A DNA stretch of 64,000 nucleotides from an uncultured Ignavibacteriales bacterium. Its GTDB lineage: Bacteria > Zixibacteria > MSB-5A5 > GN15 > JAAZOE01. Location: contig CAZGAV010000011.1 of the NCBI GenBank assembly GCA_964523575.1, forward strand, positions 2,294-66,293. The letters run 5' to 3'. Under the pieces are notes generated by a model. The model worked only from the letters and a program-made list of their open reading frames with translations. It searched no databases and was not told the origin of the DNA. Of this stretch, positions 1-9,750 are shown in pieces (position 1 is the stretch's first letter; the number at the start of each line of letters is the position of its first letter). The position numbers were made by a program, and so were the translations under genes.

Positions 1-1
1 T

Positions 2-1942
2 ACCGATATAAGCACAGACATCCAGGTGGTTCAGGGTTCGACTTATCTGTTATCATTCGATTATTCGGAAACCCCCGACAGCCCGGATGCGACCGGGATA
101 CTCCATGGGAATTTCGACGATGATCCAAACCCGGAGGTGTTTATTGCCGGGACCACTTACTGGTACACCTATGCCGCGACATTATATGATTACGCCTCTG
201 AAAGCGGATTCGGGCTGGCCTACTATTATAACAATCTCGATTTCCCGGCCCTTGCTTCACAACTGGGCTATTTTGATGGTGACGAGCTTCTGGATGTGGT
301 GATGACCCGTATTACACCATCTGTCCAATCGGTCGTCTTATCGGGTGATGGCGATAATTCATTTTCCGTTTCCGATTTTGACGATCCCACATCAGCCGCG
401 CCCAAGGGCGGCACTATCGGTGAATTCACCCGCGACGGCTACATAGATTATGCGACCGTCCAGTACAACGGGGTGAATATTTACGCCGGCGGTTCCGATC
501 CGTTATTCGATAAAGTCGGTTTTGTGGGGGTATCGGGTGAGGCCATGTCGGTCAATTCCGCCGATTTTAACGGTGATGGATATGACGATTTGGCCATAGG
601 CACCGACGCGGGAGTCAACATTTACCTCGGCGACAGCGTCGGCGGTTTCAATTTCGCCCACTTTTACAGCCAGCTTTATGGATCGCTGGATATTGTCGTA
701 ACCAATGAAGGGAGTGATTTCGACAACGACGGCAACTATGATCTGTGCATATCGACTCCATCGGTCGGCGGCGCTTACAGCGAAATGGTAGTGTATCTGG
801 GCAACGGCGATGGTTCTTTCGAACAGAATGTGATACTCACCGTCAAGGGTCAGATTTTCGGAAACCGCGTGGGTGATATCAATAATGACGGCGAACTGGA
901 TATCGTCTACGTCAACGGCGCCAAAGAATATGCCGCGATTCTGTTTGGAGACGGCGACGGGTCATTCACCAACGAATTGCGCTATGATATCGCGTTCCGT
1001 AATCCCCGGTATATTGATTGCTTTGACGTCGACCTCGACGGCGACCTCGATATCGCCGTAAACGCCAACCGTTTTTATCCCAGCAATTCTCTTTTCCTGT
1101 TGAAAAACGATCTGGATCCGGGAGAATACTCGCTCAGGTCCTTAGCCGTAACCGGCGTCAATAATGTCGAGCTCGAACTGGTATCGGCCAGCGGGAGGCA
1201 GTTCAATAATTTCCGCAACACTATGCCGACCGGCCAGTATTTCAAACGCAATATCGACCGGAACTCAATCATCGACGAATTCGCGGTCTTGTCGCTGGTG
1301 GAAGAGGGGGCTTATTCGCTGGTGGTTTCCCCGAAGGCCGATTGCCCGATTGGTGAACCATTCACGGTGGAATTCACTCTCGACGGCGAACTCTATCGTC
1401 TGGCCCGGGAGGCGCCGATGAATCAAGACGGATATACTTTCACGGTGTACCCGGCGGCCAACACCGAGGTTGTGCCGAGACCGGGAAAATTCGTGTCCGC
1501 CAATCCGCCGTCGTTTGCCTGGACCGGAACCGGCGATGTCGATTTTCAGCTGGCCTCCGATATCAACTTTAATCAGCTTCTTTGCGATGTGACGGTATCG
1601 GATAACCAATATGCCCCGTCTTCGGCGCTGGAAGTGACGGATACAAGTACGTTTTACTGGCGGATCAAGCCACACGGTCAAGCCTCTTATGATTGCCTGT
1701 ATGCAATCAATCTTGTCGCCACCGAAACGGGCTCGTGCGGCGATGCCAACCAGGATGGAGAGCTTAATGTGGGCGACGCCGTATTTCTCATCAATATGAT
1801 ATTCAAAGGCGGCCCCGCACCGATGCCGGCATGTATCGGAGATGCCTCAAATGACGGACACCTCGACGTGGGGGACGCCGTTTTAATCGTCAATTATATT
1901 TTCCGTGGCGGCCCGCCGCCGGCCGAAGGCTGCTGCCCCTGA
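2..1942 (+). CDS. FG-GAP/VCBS-repeat secreted protein with C-terminal dockerin-like module (5' partial)
   Basis: The frame is open from nt 2 to the GTG at 26 and there is no signal peptide, so the gene is probably truncated by the window edge. Repeated Ca-binding loops are present: NGDGYDDLAIGT, DNDGNYDLCIST, NNDGELDIVYVN, DLDGDLDIAVNA. The last 69 aa are two dockerin-like repeats (GDANQDGELNVGDAVFLINMIF / GDASNDGHLDVGDAVLIVNYIF) ending in CCP. Confidence 0.8.
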   Translation, partial: TDISTDIQVVQGSTYLLSFDYSETPDSPDATGILHGNFDDDPNPEVFIAGTTYWYTYAATLYDYASESGFGLAYYYNNLDFPALASQLGYFDGDELLDVVMTRITPSVQSVVLSGDGDNSFSVSDFDDPTSAAPKGGTIGEFTRDGYIDYATVQYNGVNIYAGGSDPLFDKVGFVGVSGEAMSVNSADFNGDGYDDLAIGTDAGVNIYLGDSVGGFNFAHFYSQLYGSLDIVVTNEGSDFDNDGNYDLCISTPSVGGAYSEMVVYLGNGDGSFEQNVILTVKGQIFGNRVGDINNDGELDIVYVNGAKEYAAILFGDGDGSFTNELRYDIAFRNPRYIDCFDVDLDGDLDIAVNANRFYPSNSLFLLKNDLDPGEYSLRSLAVTGVNNVELELVSASGRQFNNFRNTMPTGQYFKRNIDRNSIIDEFAVLSLVEEGAYSLVVSPKADCPIGEPFTVEFTLDGELYRLAREAPMNQDGYTFTVYPAANTEVVPRPGKFVSANPPSFAWTGTGDVDFQLASDINFNQLLCDVTVSDNQYAPSSALEVTDTSTFYWRIKPHGQASYDCLYAINLVATETGSCGDANQDGELNVGDAVFLINMIFKGGPAPMPACIGDASNDGHLDVGDAVLIVNYIFRGGPPPAEGCCP

Positions 1943-1973
1943 TTAGTTATCATTGATAATAATATTGATTCTG

Positions 1974-2011
1974 AGGAGGTCGTGTCGGCACAGCGAACGG
2001 CCTCCTTTTTT
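1974..2011 (+). terminator. Rho-independent terminator after the FG-GAP gene
   Basis: Stem GGAGGTCG (1974-1981) pairs with CGGCCTCC (1997-2004), with a 15-nt loop, followed by T7 (2005-2011). Confidence 0.6.
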
Positions 2012-2054
2012 TCGCAGGATCGATAGGTTCGAGGGTTCGGGCGTATTCGAGAAT

Positions 2055-2678
2055 TTATTGAATCAGGAGGGCGGACAGAAAGGCGCGGCTGACGCCTTTA
2101 TCGGCGGCCCGACGGGCTTCGTCGCTGACATCCTCGCCCCGGGCATGGCGCTGATAGAGATCAACGGCCTGCCTGATTCCGGCGACCTCATCCGAAGGAT
2201 TTTTTGCCACCGAAAGTCGTCCCGAAAGGTTATCGAGTTTATCGGTGGCTCCGCTGGCGGCCCAATAATTGACCGCCTCATAAAATTCACGTCTTAGACG
2301 CCATTTATCTTCCTTCTGAGGAGCCACTCGATGGGACATGAATTTGGCCCGAGCCTGATCGAAGAGGGTTTCGGCCTGCCCGACATCGCCGACCCGCCGC
2401 CGCACCAGGGCCAGGTTCATAACCGCCAGACCGTCGAACCACATTTTATCGTCGCCGGTGTCGAGCACCAGCAGGGCGTTGGCGTCGCGGGAGACGCGCT
2501 CCTGATCGTCGGCAAAATTGGCCGCCCAGCATCTCAATTCCAGCGCAGCGGCATACCAGTAAGAATCGGCCGGGGTGGCCTCGATGCATCGGGTCGCTTT
2601 TTTTATGGCATCGGAATAATTGCCGCGATTAAAAGCGGCGCACCCCTCATGGCATAATTGTTCGGGATCGAGAGCCAT
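2055..2678 (-). CDS. Hypothetical helical-repeat (TPR-like) protein
   Basis: 207-aa ORF 11 nt downstream of kup on the same strand. It is Ala/Trp/Tyr-rich with a helical-repeat character. No catalytic motif recognised. Confidence 0.55.
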   Translation of the reverse strand: MALDPEQLCHEGCAAFNRGNYSDAIKKATRCIEATPADSYWYAAALELRCWAANFADDQERVSRDANALLVLDTGDDKMWFDGLAVMNLALVRRRVGDVGQAETLFDQARAKFMSHRVAPQKEDKWRLRREFYEAVNYWAASGATDKLDNLSGRLSVAKNPSDEVAGIRQAVDLYQRHARGEDVSDEARRAADKGVSRAFLSALLIQ

Positions 2679-2689
2679 AATATCACATC

Positions 2690-4588
2690 CTATATTTTGA
2701 GCTGGACGCCGACTTCCATGACCTGTTCCTGCGGGATACCGTAGAAGGAAGAGGCATCGTAAGAATTACGCGAAAGGAAGGCAAAAAGATGGGCCCGCCA
2801 GAGGCTCACCAGATGATGCTTTTCCCGGACCAGCTTGACCCGCCCCAGGAAAAAGCTCGTATCCTCCAGCGGAAAATCCAGCCCCTGCCCCTGAGCCAGC
2901 GACAGGGCGATAGGAACACTGGGATTTTCCATATAGCCGTAATAGACCGTAATCTTATAGAAGCCACTACCCAGCTTGTCGATTTTCAGTTTTTCCTCAT
3001 TGGGCATGCGCGGCACCTCGACCGGCGCAAAATTGAGAAAGGCGACCTGGGAGTGGATAATTTTATTATGTTGCAGATTGTGTGTCAGGGCCACGGGCAC
3101 GCTGTCGGACTGGCCCGACATGAACACCGCCCGGCCCTTCACCCGTTCGATATCTTCGGCCAGGATGCGGGCCTGAAGCTCCTGAAAAGGTATCGACAAA
3201 TCCTTGAACTGCTCGGCCAGAATCGCCCGCCCCCGCTTCCAGGTCATCATGACCATGAGAACCATGAATCCGATGACCAGCGGAAACCAGGCGCCATGCA
3301 CAATCTTGCTGATATTGGCCGAAAAGAAAGCTATATCGACAATAATGAAGACCACCGCGGGCACACCGGCTGAGAGTGGACTCCATTTCCATCTCTCCCG
3401 GGCCACGACGTAAAAAAGCATGGTCGATATCATCATGGTCGACGTCACGGCCACGCCATAAGCGGCGGCCAGTCTGCTGGAAGATTGAAAACCAAGCACC
3501 AGCGCCAGCACCGCCACCATCATCAGCCAGTTCACCTGAGGAACATAAATCTGGCCGACATGCCGGGAGGACGTATGAATGATTCTCATGCGCGGCAGAT
3601 AACCCATCTGGATCGCCTGAGTCGTGAGAGAAAAGACTCCGGTGATAACCGCCTGCGAGGCGATGATGGTGGCCATCGTGGCCAGAACAACCATCGGGAT
3701 GACCGCCCATTCGGGCACCGTTGCATAAAAGATATGAAAAGCCTGATCGGGATGGGCCAGTAAATAAGCGCCCTGACCGAAATAGTTGATCACCAGGGCC
3801 GGCAACACCAGATAAAACCAGACCAGGCGAATCGGTCGACGGCCGAAATGGCCCATGTCGGCATAAAGCGCCTCGGCGCCGGTGACCACGAGAAAGACCG
3901 CACCCAGCACCAGAAAACCCTCAAGGCTGGCATGCATTAGAAAATTGATGGCGTACCAGGGAAGCAGGGCCCGAAAAATTCCCGGATGCTGTACGATTTG
4001 ATGTATACCCAGAGCCGCCAGAACCGCGAACCAGACCAGAATAACCGGCCCGAACATCTGCCCCACCTTGGCCGTTCCCCGGCTTTGCAGAAGAAACAGC
4101 CCGGCCAGTATCAGAACCGTGACGGGAATAATATATGGCTGAAACTGCGGCGCAATAACCTGCAGTCCTTCGACGGCGCTCATCACCGAAATGGCCGGCG
4201 TGATCATGCCGTCGCCGTAAAGCAGGCAGGCCGCGAAAATACCGACACCGATCAGGATGCGGCGGATTCTTCTCCGCCGGTCGGAACCGGATATAATCAA
4301 AGCCGTCAGGGCAATGACGCCGCCGTCGCCGCGATTATCGGCCCGAAGAATAAAAGTCATGTATTTCAGCGAAACGATAAACAGCAGGGACCAGAACATG
4401 AGCGACAGAACGCCCAGAATGCTATGCTCGGAAACGGGGATGCCATAGTCACCATGGAAACATTCCCGGATGGCATACAGAGGACTGGTGCCGATATCGC
4501 CGAAAACCACTCCCAGCGCCGCCAAGGCCAGAGCCCGGATCTGATTTTTTTTGTCTGCGACCGGAGTTTTAGACTCAGGTACCGCCAT
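2690..4588 (-). CDS. kup: KUP/HAK/KT-family potassium uptake transporter
   Basis: 632 aa. N-terminal KUP signature LGVVFGDIGTSPLYA, a polytopic N-terminal two thirds and a soluble C-terminal domain. Confidence 0.95.
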   Translation of the reverse strand: MAVPESKTPVADKKNQIRALALAALGVVFGDIGTSPLYAIRECFHGDYGIPVSEHSILGVLSLMFWSLLFIVSLKYMTFILRADNRGDGGVIALTALIISGSDRRRRIRRILIGVGIFAACLLYGDGMITPAISVMSAVEGLQVIAPQFQPYIIPVTVLILAGLFLLQSRGTAKVGQMFGPVILVWFAVLAALGIHQIVQHPGIFRALLPWYAINFLMHASLEGFLVLGAVFLVVTGAEALYADMGHFGRRPIRLVWFYLVLPALVINYFGQGAYLLAHPDQAFHIFYATVPEWAVIPMVVLATMATIIASQAVITGVFSLTTQAIQMGYLPRMRIIHTSSRHVGQIYVPQVNWLMMVAVLALVLGFQSSSRLAAAYGVAVTSTMMISTMLFYVVARERWKWSPLSAGVPAVVFIIVDIAFFSANISKIVHGAWFPLVIGFMVLMVMMTWKRGRAILAEQFKDLSIPFQELQARILAEDIERVKGRAVFMSGQSDSVPVALTHNLQHNKIIHSQVAFLNFAPVEVPRMPNEEKLKIDKLGSGFYKITVYYGYMENPSVPIALSLAQGQGLDFPLEDTSFFLGRVKLVREKHHLVSLWRAHLFAFLSRNSYDASSFYGIPQEQVMEVGVQLKI

Positions 4589-4819
4589 GCCGTCGTTCCC
4601 TCGTAATCGTCATGAATGTTTTCAATATATACGCCCCCGACAAAATAGCATGAAAAAAATTATCCCCCGTTCGGGATTAATATCGTCCGCTGTCGGGGGA
4701 ATTGTGTCCCGCCGCTGATGCCGGATGCAGTCAAGGCTCCTCGGGCGGGAGAGCGCAATGGATATTCACGAACTACTTTCACAAGCGAGTATGCCGCCTG
4801 GTCTGCGACCGAAAAATTC

Positions 4820-5251
4820 CTACCAGCCTCTCTTCTTCATAATATCGGACATTTTGGCCTCGAGGCCTTGTTCGAAAAGGAGCATCTTTTTTTGTTGGGC
4901 CTCGCTGATTTTACCCATAAGGGTCGTCAAGTCGGCCGGTTTTTCGAGAAAATCGACCGCGCCCATCTTGACCGCCTCGACGCCCTTTTCGACCGTCGCA
5001 TGCCCGGTCAGGAAAATTATCTGAAGATCCTTGTTGGTCTCGAGCATCTGTTTGAGGGTTTCAAAGCCATCCATTTCCGGCATGGCCATATCGAGAATAA
5101 CGGCGTCATACGATTTTTTCTTGATCATTTCCAGCGCCTGCATACCGCTTTCGGCGGTATCGACCATCAGCCCGCGGTTTCGCATCCGCTCGGCTATAAC
5201 GCTCGAGAATTCGGTCTCATCATCGACAATCAATACATTCGCACTCGCCAT
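4820..5251 (-). CDS. Stand-alone response-regulator receiver protein
   Basis: VLIVDDE acidic pocket, ILDMAMPEMDG phospho-acceptor context, FLTGHA, EKP lysine. No output domain. Confidence 0.9.
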   Translation of the reverse strand: MASANVLIVDDETEFSSVIAERMRNRGLMVDTAESGMQALEMIKKKSYDAVILDMAMPEMDGFETLKQMLETNKDLQIIFLTGHATVEKGVEAVKMGAVDFLEKPADLTTLMGKISEAQQKKMLLFEQGLEAKMSDIMKKRGW

Positions 5252-5331
5252 ATCCGTCCCTCTCTATCATTATATAAATTATTTACGAATCCCCATCCAC
5301 CGCCCGATAGCAAAATTCCGTTATTCGACTA

Positions 5332-5997
5332 TCAACCGGGCAATTCGAGGCGCACGGTGATTTTCTCCGGCGACTTCTGCAGTTCCGCCGATCCGGACAA
5401 CGCTTCCATGATGCGCTGAATATCGGCCGGATCGACAACCGGGCCGTCCTGAGTTCCGGCCGGGCCTTCGACGATAATTTCCACGCGGCCGCCACCCCGG
5501 TTGATCGCGATGGTCAATATATCACCTTTATGGGCCGATGACAGAATCATGCGGATAGCCGCAAACACGGCTTGTTGCAAATAAAACGGATTACTTTCGA
5601 TCTCGCCGGGGTCTTCGGCCGGCCGGGATTCCAATGTCACCCCCCGGAGGACTGCCAGCCTCCGGCTCAATTCGATCAGGTTGTTCAAAGTCTCATTAAT
5701 ATCGAATTTCTGCCTGGGCTGGTCGGCGCTGTGGGCGAAACGGTTCAGCCGTTTTATTATTCCCAGACCGCGGGCGGCCTGAGCCTGCAGGGAGGTTACT
5801 ATCCGGGCCAGTTTTTCGGCGGTGATTTTGATCTCCTCTTCCGATCCGGTCAGACGATCTTCGAGCAATCCCGTGGTCTGATCCATGATGGCTATGACAT
5901 TGTTGAGTTCATGGGAGACCGAGGCCGTGATGGCGCCGAAGAAGGCGAGACTACTGTCGCGGAGAGGGTCGTTTTGATATTTCAGTTCATCGTCCAT
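5332..5997 (-). CDS. HisKA-containing protein with degenerate ATPase domain
   Basis: H-box SVSHELNNVIAIMDQ. The C-terminal ~100 aa has the length of a HATPase_c domain, but I cannot find N, G1 or G2 boxes. No TM segments. Confidence 0.7.
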   Translation of the reverse strand: MDDELKYQNDPLRDSSLAFFGAITASVSHELNNVIAIMDQTTGLLEDRLTGSEEEIKITAEKLARIVTSLQAQAARGLGIIKRLNRFAHSADQPRQKFDINETLNNLIELSRRLAVLRGVTLESRPAEDPGEIESNPFYLQQAVFAAIRMILSSAHKGDILTIAINRGGGRVEIIVEGPAGTQDGPVVDPADIQRIMEALSGSAELQKSPEKITVRLELPG

Positions 5998-6007
5998 AAT
6001 TCCGCGA

Positions 6008-6376
6008 TTATTTATCGCGAATAACCTCCTCCATTTTCAAGATCAAATCTTCGATATTGATCGGTTTGACAAGATAATCGCGGGCTCCGGCCGGCTTTTC
6101 GAAAGATTGATTGATCGGCGAACCGTGACCGGTGATCAGCAGAACCGGAAGGTCGGGATTGGCCTGATTGATGCGCCGCAAAACCTCGAGGCCGTCCATG
6201 CCGGGCAGTTTCAAATCGAGCACGACGACGTCGAATTTTTCGCCTCCGATTTTGCGCAAGGCCTCGTGACCATCGAGCGCATAAGCCGCTTCGATATCCC
6301 GGTAGCTGAGCCGCTCGACCATCGTGCTGACCAGCTCTTCCTCGTCGTCAATCAGCAGGGCCTTGAATTTCGGCAT
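6008..6376 (-). CDS. Stand-alone response-regulator receiver protein
   Basis: LLIDDEEE, VVLDLKLPGMDG, LITGHGS, VKP. 122 aa. Confidence 0.9.
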   Translation of the reverse strand: MPKFKALLIDDEEELVSTMVERLSYRDIEAAYALDGHEALRKIGGEKFDVVVLDLKLPGMDGLEVLRRINQANPDLPVLLITGHGSPINQSFEKPAGARDYLVKPINIEDLILKMEEVIRDK

Positions 6377-6390
6377 GATAATTCTCCCGG

Positions 6391-8097
6391 TTAGGCGGTT
6401 TGTACGGGCAGGATAACGATGAAGCGAGTGCCCTTGCCGAGCTCGCTCTCGACCTCAATTTTGCCGCCCAGTTTTTCGACGATATCCCGAGTGATCGACA
6501 ATCCCAGACCGGTGCCGAATTCCCGCTTGGTGGAGAAGAACGGCTCGAAAATATGCTGTAGATTTTCAGCCGGGATACCGGTGCCGTTGTCGGTCACGGC
6601 GATGGTCACCGAATCGCGGTCGGGGCAGGCGACCGAGATATCGACTTTGCCGTCGGAATCGACGGCGGCGAAAGCGTTGTTGATAAGGTTCAATAACACC
6701 TGCTGCAACTGCCCCCGGTCGCTGACGATAGACGGCAAATCGTCGGCGAAATCGTAGGTAATATTGATATTGCGATGCAAGGCCTCGGTGCGCTGGAACC
6801 CGACAACCTCATCGATCAATTCCCGGATGTTGATCTGTTCCCGCCGAATTTCCATCCGTTTGGCAAAACCCAGCAGGCGATGGGTGACCTTACTGCACCG
6901 GTCCACCGACTTGACGATAGAATTCACCAGCCCCAGCATCTTTTCCCTCTGCGGAAACTCGGCCGAAAACCCGACCAGGTCATGAATCAATCCGGCTTTT
7001 TCATTGATGATGGCCATCGGGTTGTTGATCTCATGGGCGACACTGGCGGCCATGCGGCCGATGGTGGCCATTTTATTGGTGTATTCCATATTATGAAATT
7101 CTTTGGCCCGCCGCAGGTCGGCCTCACGCAGTTTCTTGGTCATATGATCGGCGCCATAGATGATAACCAGCAGAATCAAGGCCGTGCTGACTGCCAGAAA
7201 CCAGAGCACCTGAGAACGGTGCCCCAGCCAGTGACTGAAATGACCCTCGAGCCGTTTGATGACGATTAATACAAAAGGTGATCCTTCAATCTGCGTGTAT
7301 CCGGAAACTACCCATTTACCCTCCTCCCGGTTTTCCTCGACAATTTCCCGGGCACTGGACATCGGAGGCACTTCGATGGCCGCTTTTTTAAGAGCGGGAC
7401 CGTAAAAAACCGAGGCCGTCTGCAGGATGCCGTCCTTGTTCATGATGAAGGCGTCGGTGTAGCGGTCGAGATTGAGCGAATAGACCTGGCGGTTGAGCAA
7501 TTCCATATCGAGGGTCGCCCGGAGGATATAGAAACCGCCGGGATTACGGTCGTGCTTGAAGGCAATCACGAAATGGGGAAAATTCCGATATCCCATAAAG
7601 ACGTCGCTGACATAAGAACCGCGAAGGACGACTTCATGAAACCAGGACTGGTCTTCATAACTGCGGTTCTTCAGGTCATAGGGACCGGTATAATAGGACT
7701 GCAGGCCGGTCGAATCAATCAAGCCGAGATCGATAAAACCGCCGAAGGAGTTTTTGAGATTACGCAGGGTCGAAGCCAGGGCCGAATCGCTTTCCAAAGC
7801 CCGGTGCTCATGTTCGCTGATCACCAGCGCCAGCGCCGAGCGCCTTTCCTCAATCACCGATTCGAGAGTGCGTTTGGTATTGGACAGAATCTGAGTCACG
7901 GCGTAATGGCTTTCGGTCCGGTAGGCATCCTTGTCCTGGAGATAATTGATGATGGTCAGGACCACCAGCGGGGCCAGGGCGACCAAAAAGGTGATGACGA
8001 TGATGTTGCGCCGCAAACGGCGATATTGCGGAAATTTGGTCCCGACCAACTCCGGCGGCAAATTGTGCTCTTCGAATTTTTTCTTCTGGCGACTCAT
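6391..8097 (-). CDS. Membrane sensor histidine kinase with Cache-like extracytoplasmic domain
   Basis: Two TM segments flank a ~250-aa sensor domain. H-box AASVAHEINNPMAII; N box LLNLINNAFAA; G boxes DNGTGI and GTGLGLS. Confidence 0.9.
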   Translation of the reverse strand: MSRQKKKFEEHNLPPELVGTKFPQYRRLRRNIIVITFLVALAPLVVLTIINYLQDKDAYRTESHYAVTQILSNTKRTLESVIEERRSALALVISEHEHRALESDSALASTLRNLKNSFGGFIDLGLIDSTGLQSYYTGPYDLKNRSYEDQSWFHEVVLRGSYVSDVFMGYRNFPHFVIAFKHDRNPGGFYILRATLDMELLNRQVYSLNLDRYTDAFIMNKDGILQTASVFYGPALKKAAIEVPPMSSAREIVEENREEGKWVVSGYTQIEGSPFVLIVIKRLEGHFSHWLGHRSQVLWFLAVSTALILLVIIYGADHMTKKLREADLRRAKEFHNMEYTNKMATIGRMAASVAHEINNPMAIINEKAGLIHDLVGFSAEFPQREKMLGLVNSIVKSVDRCSKVTHRLLGFAKRMEIRREQINIRELIDEVVGFQRTEALHRNINITYDFADDLPSIVSDRGQLQQVLLNLINNAFAAVDSDGKVDISVACPDRDSVTIAVTDNGTGIPAENLQHIFEPFFSTKREFGTGLGLSITRDIVEKLGGKIEVESELGKGTRFIVILPVQTA

Positions 8098-8139
8098 CCC
8101 GCACCATAGAAAAAAGGAACGCCCCGAAGGTTTCCGGGG

Positions 8140-9399
8140 CTAAGAACTTTTCTTATCCTCACCGCCTTCGGTGTCGTGGCCGCGATCGACCGCTTTCATA
8201 TCGCTGGCCTTTTTGTAGGCGGCTTTCATCACCTGCGCCAGCTTGTCGATATTGACTGGCTTTTCGAGGTAGGCAAAAGCGCCCAGCTCTTCGGCGGTGG
8301 TTTTCTCCCGCTCCGATCCATGGCCGGTCAGGATGATCACCTCAACTTCCGGATGATCATTTTTAACCCGCCGCAAAACCTCGATGCCGTTTATGCCGGG
8401 CATCATCAAATCCAGCACCATAACGTCGGGCGCGTCTTTGGCCAGCATATCCAGCGCCTGTTCGCCGTCGTAAGCGATGGCCGAAGCCAGATCGCGCGTT
8501 TGAAGCCGTTCTGAGAGGGTGTGCACGAACTCTTTTTCATCGTCCACCAGAAGAAACCGCGGCGGGACTTCGATATTCGACCAGGGATTGATCGACGGCG
8601 TCTGATATTTGGGGCCGATCCGGGTGCTGACTTCCCTGACTCCCTCAACATCGGACGCGATTTCCATCAACTTTTCCTGATGGCGTTTCATCCGCACCAT
8701 GTAATCGTTGATAAGCAGAACCACACTGCCGTTTTCGGATTGGACCTCGACGTCATGCCCGGCCTCGGTCAGAGCCCGGCTGACGGTGGCCGACAGCACG
8801 AAATCCCGCGCCGCCTGAAGCGAACGCTCCGTGCTTCGAACCGGTTCACTGCCGGCGTAATCGACGATCATCCGCACCGCCGTCTCCAGCGGCGTATCAT
8901 GCATGGGGACGACGATGTCATAGAGTTTTTCATCGTAGGCCGGCCGGTCGATCAGGCGGGTCGTGCAGGTGTAATTCTGCTTGTCGTCATTGTGTATCAA
9001 TTTTCGGGCGTCTTTGTCCGAAAGAGCCTTGAGCTTCATGGCCTGTTCGACCCGGTAATCGAGGTTGGCGATAATCAGGACCCGAAGAATATGCGGAATG
9101 GTCGTCGGCAGAAGATGGCCGGCGCATCCTCGGATGACGACGTTGTCGGCGACAACCAGTTCGGCCAGAACCAGCCTGAGAGCGGCGATATTTTTCTCCC
9201 ATTCGCGCGTCAGGCGATTAAAAAAAGGTTCGGCCCCGGACAACGAGCGTGTCAGTTTTTCCGGATCGATTTCGAACCGTTTTGAGGTCTCTTCGATGAG
9301 TTTTTGATCGAGACGTTGGTATCCAAGTTGTTCGGCCACCCGGGCCGCCACCTCATCGCCGTTGCAATACGTTCCGCTGAAAATCGTGATTATTGCCAC
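8140..9399 (-). CDS. Cytidylate-kinase-like / BON-like / receiver three-domain protein
   Basis: The N-terminus IITIFSGTYCNGDEVAARVAEQLGY resembles the cytidylate-kinase-like family with a lysine-less P-loop. The central segment VEVQSENGSVVLLINDYM...VEGVREVSTRI is BON-like. The C-terminal REC shows LLVDDEKE, VLDLMMPGINGIE, ILTGHGS, LEKP. Confidence 0.8.
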   Translation of the reverse strand: MAIITIFSGTYCNGDEVAARVAEQLGYQRLDQKLIEETSKRFEIDPEKLTRSLSGAEPFFNRLTREWEKNIAALRLVLAELVVADNVVIRGCAGHLLPTTIPHILRVLIIANLDYRVEQAMKLKALSDKDARKLIHNDDKQNYTCTTRLIDRPAYDEKLYDIVVPMHDTPLETAVRMIVDYAGSEPVRSTERSLQAARDFVLSATVSRALTEAGHDVEVQSENGSVVLLINDYMVRMKRHQEKLMEIASDVEGVREVSTRIGPKYQTPSINPWSNIEVPPRFLLVDDEKEFVHTLSERLQTRDLASAIAYDGEQALDMLAKDAPDVMVLDLMMPGINGIEVLRRVKNDHPEVEVIILTGHGSEREKTTAEELGAFAYLEKPVNIDKLAQVMKAAYKKASDMKAVDRGHDTEGGEDKKSS

Positions 9400-9750
9400 T
9401 GCCTTCTCCCTTGCGTCCCCTTCGCTTTTCCAACAATCGCATATTAATCTGTATGCCCATGAGAAGCAAGTACTAAAACTAAGCGCGCGTCCGGCCCCAA
9501 AGGCCCTGAAAATACCGGGAATACCATTACGGACGCCGCTTCTATCGGGATATTATTTATCCTCTTTTCATTTCAGAGTTCACTCTGACGATGCGGGGAA
9601 AAAAGGCTTGCTCCCTACCGGGTGCGTGGTTATTATGATGCCTGCAATAAGTATCGAATATCCGGGGTCGGGATGCATGACGAGTGGATGCGGCCGGGTT
9701 TGACCGCAAGCGGCCGGTCGACACGAATCAGGTAAGGTGAGGAAGTCGCC

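Noticed and set aside
4655-4690. Weak hairpin ATCCC-N6-GGGAT followed by T7 on the minus strand, between the receiver gene and kup.
   Set aside because: The stem is only 5 bp. It could be a terminator separating the signalling operon from kup, but the structure is too weak to list as a feature.
9627-9642. TGGTTATTATGATGCC upstream of the first CBS gene.
   Set aside because: Only the GG and GC dinucleotides match the sigma-54 consensus. The same bases fit a sigma-70-like -10 box (TATTAT at 9631-9636, with TTGCTC 17 nt upstream) at least as well. Left uncalled.
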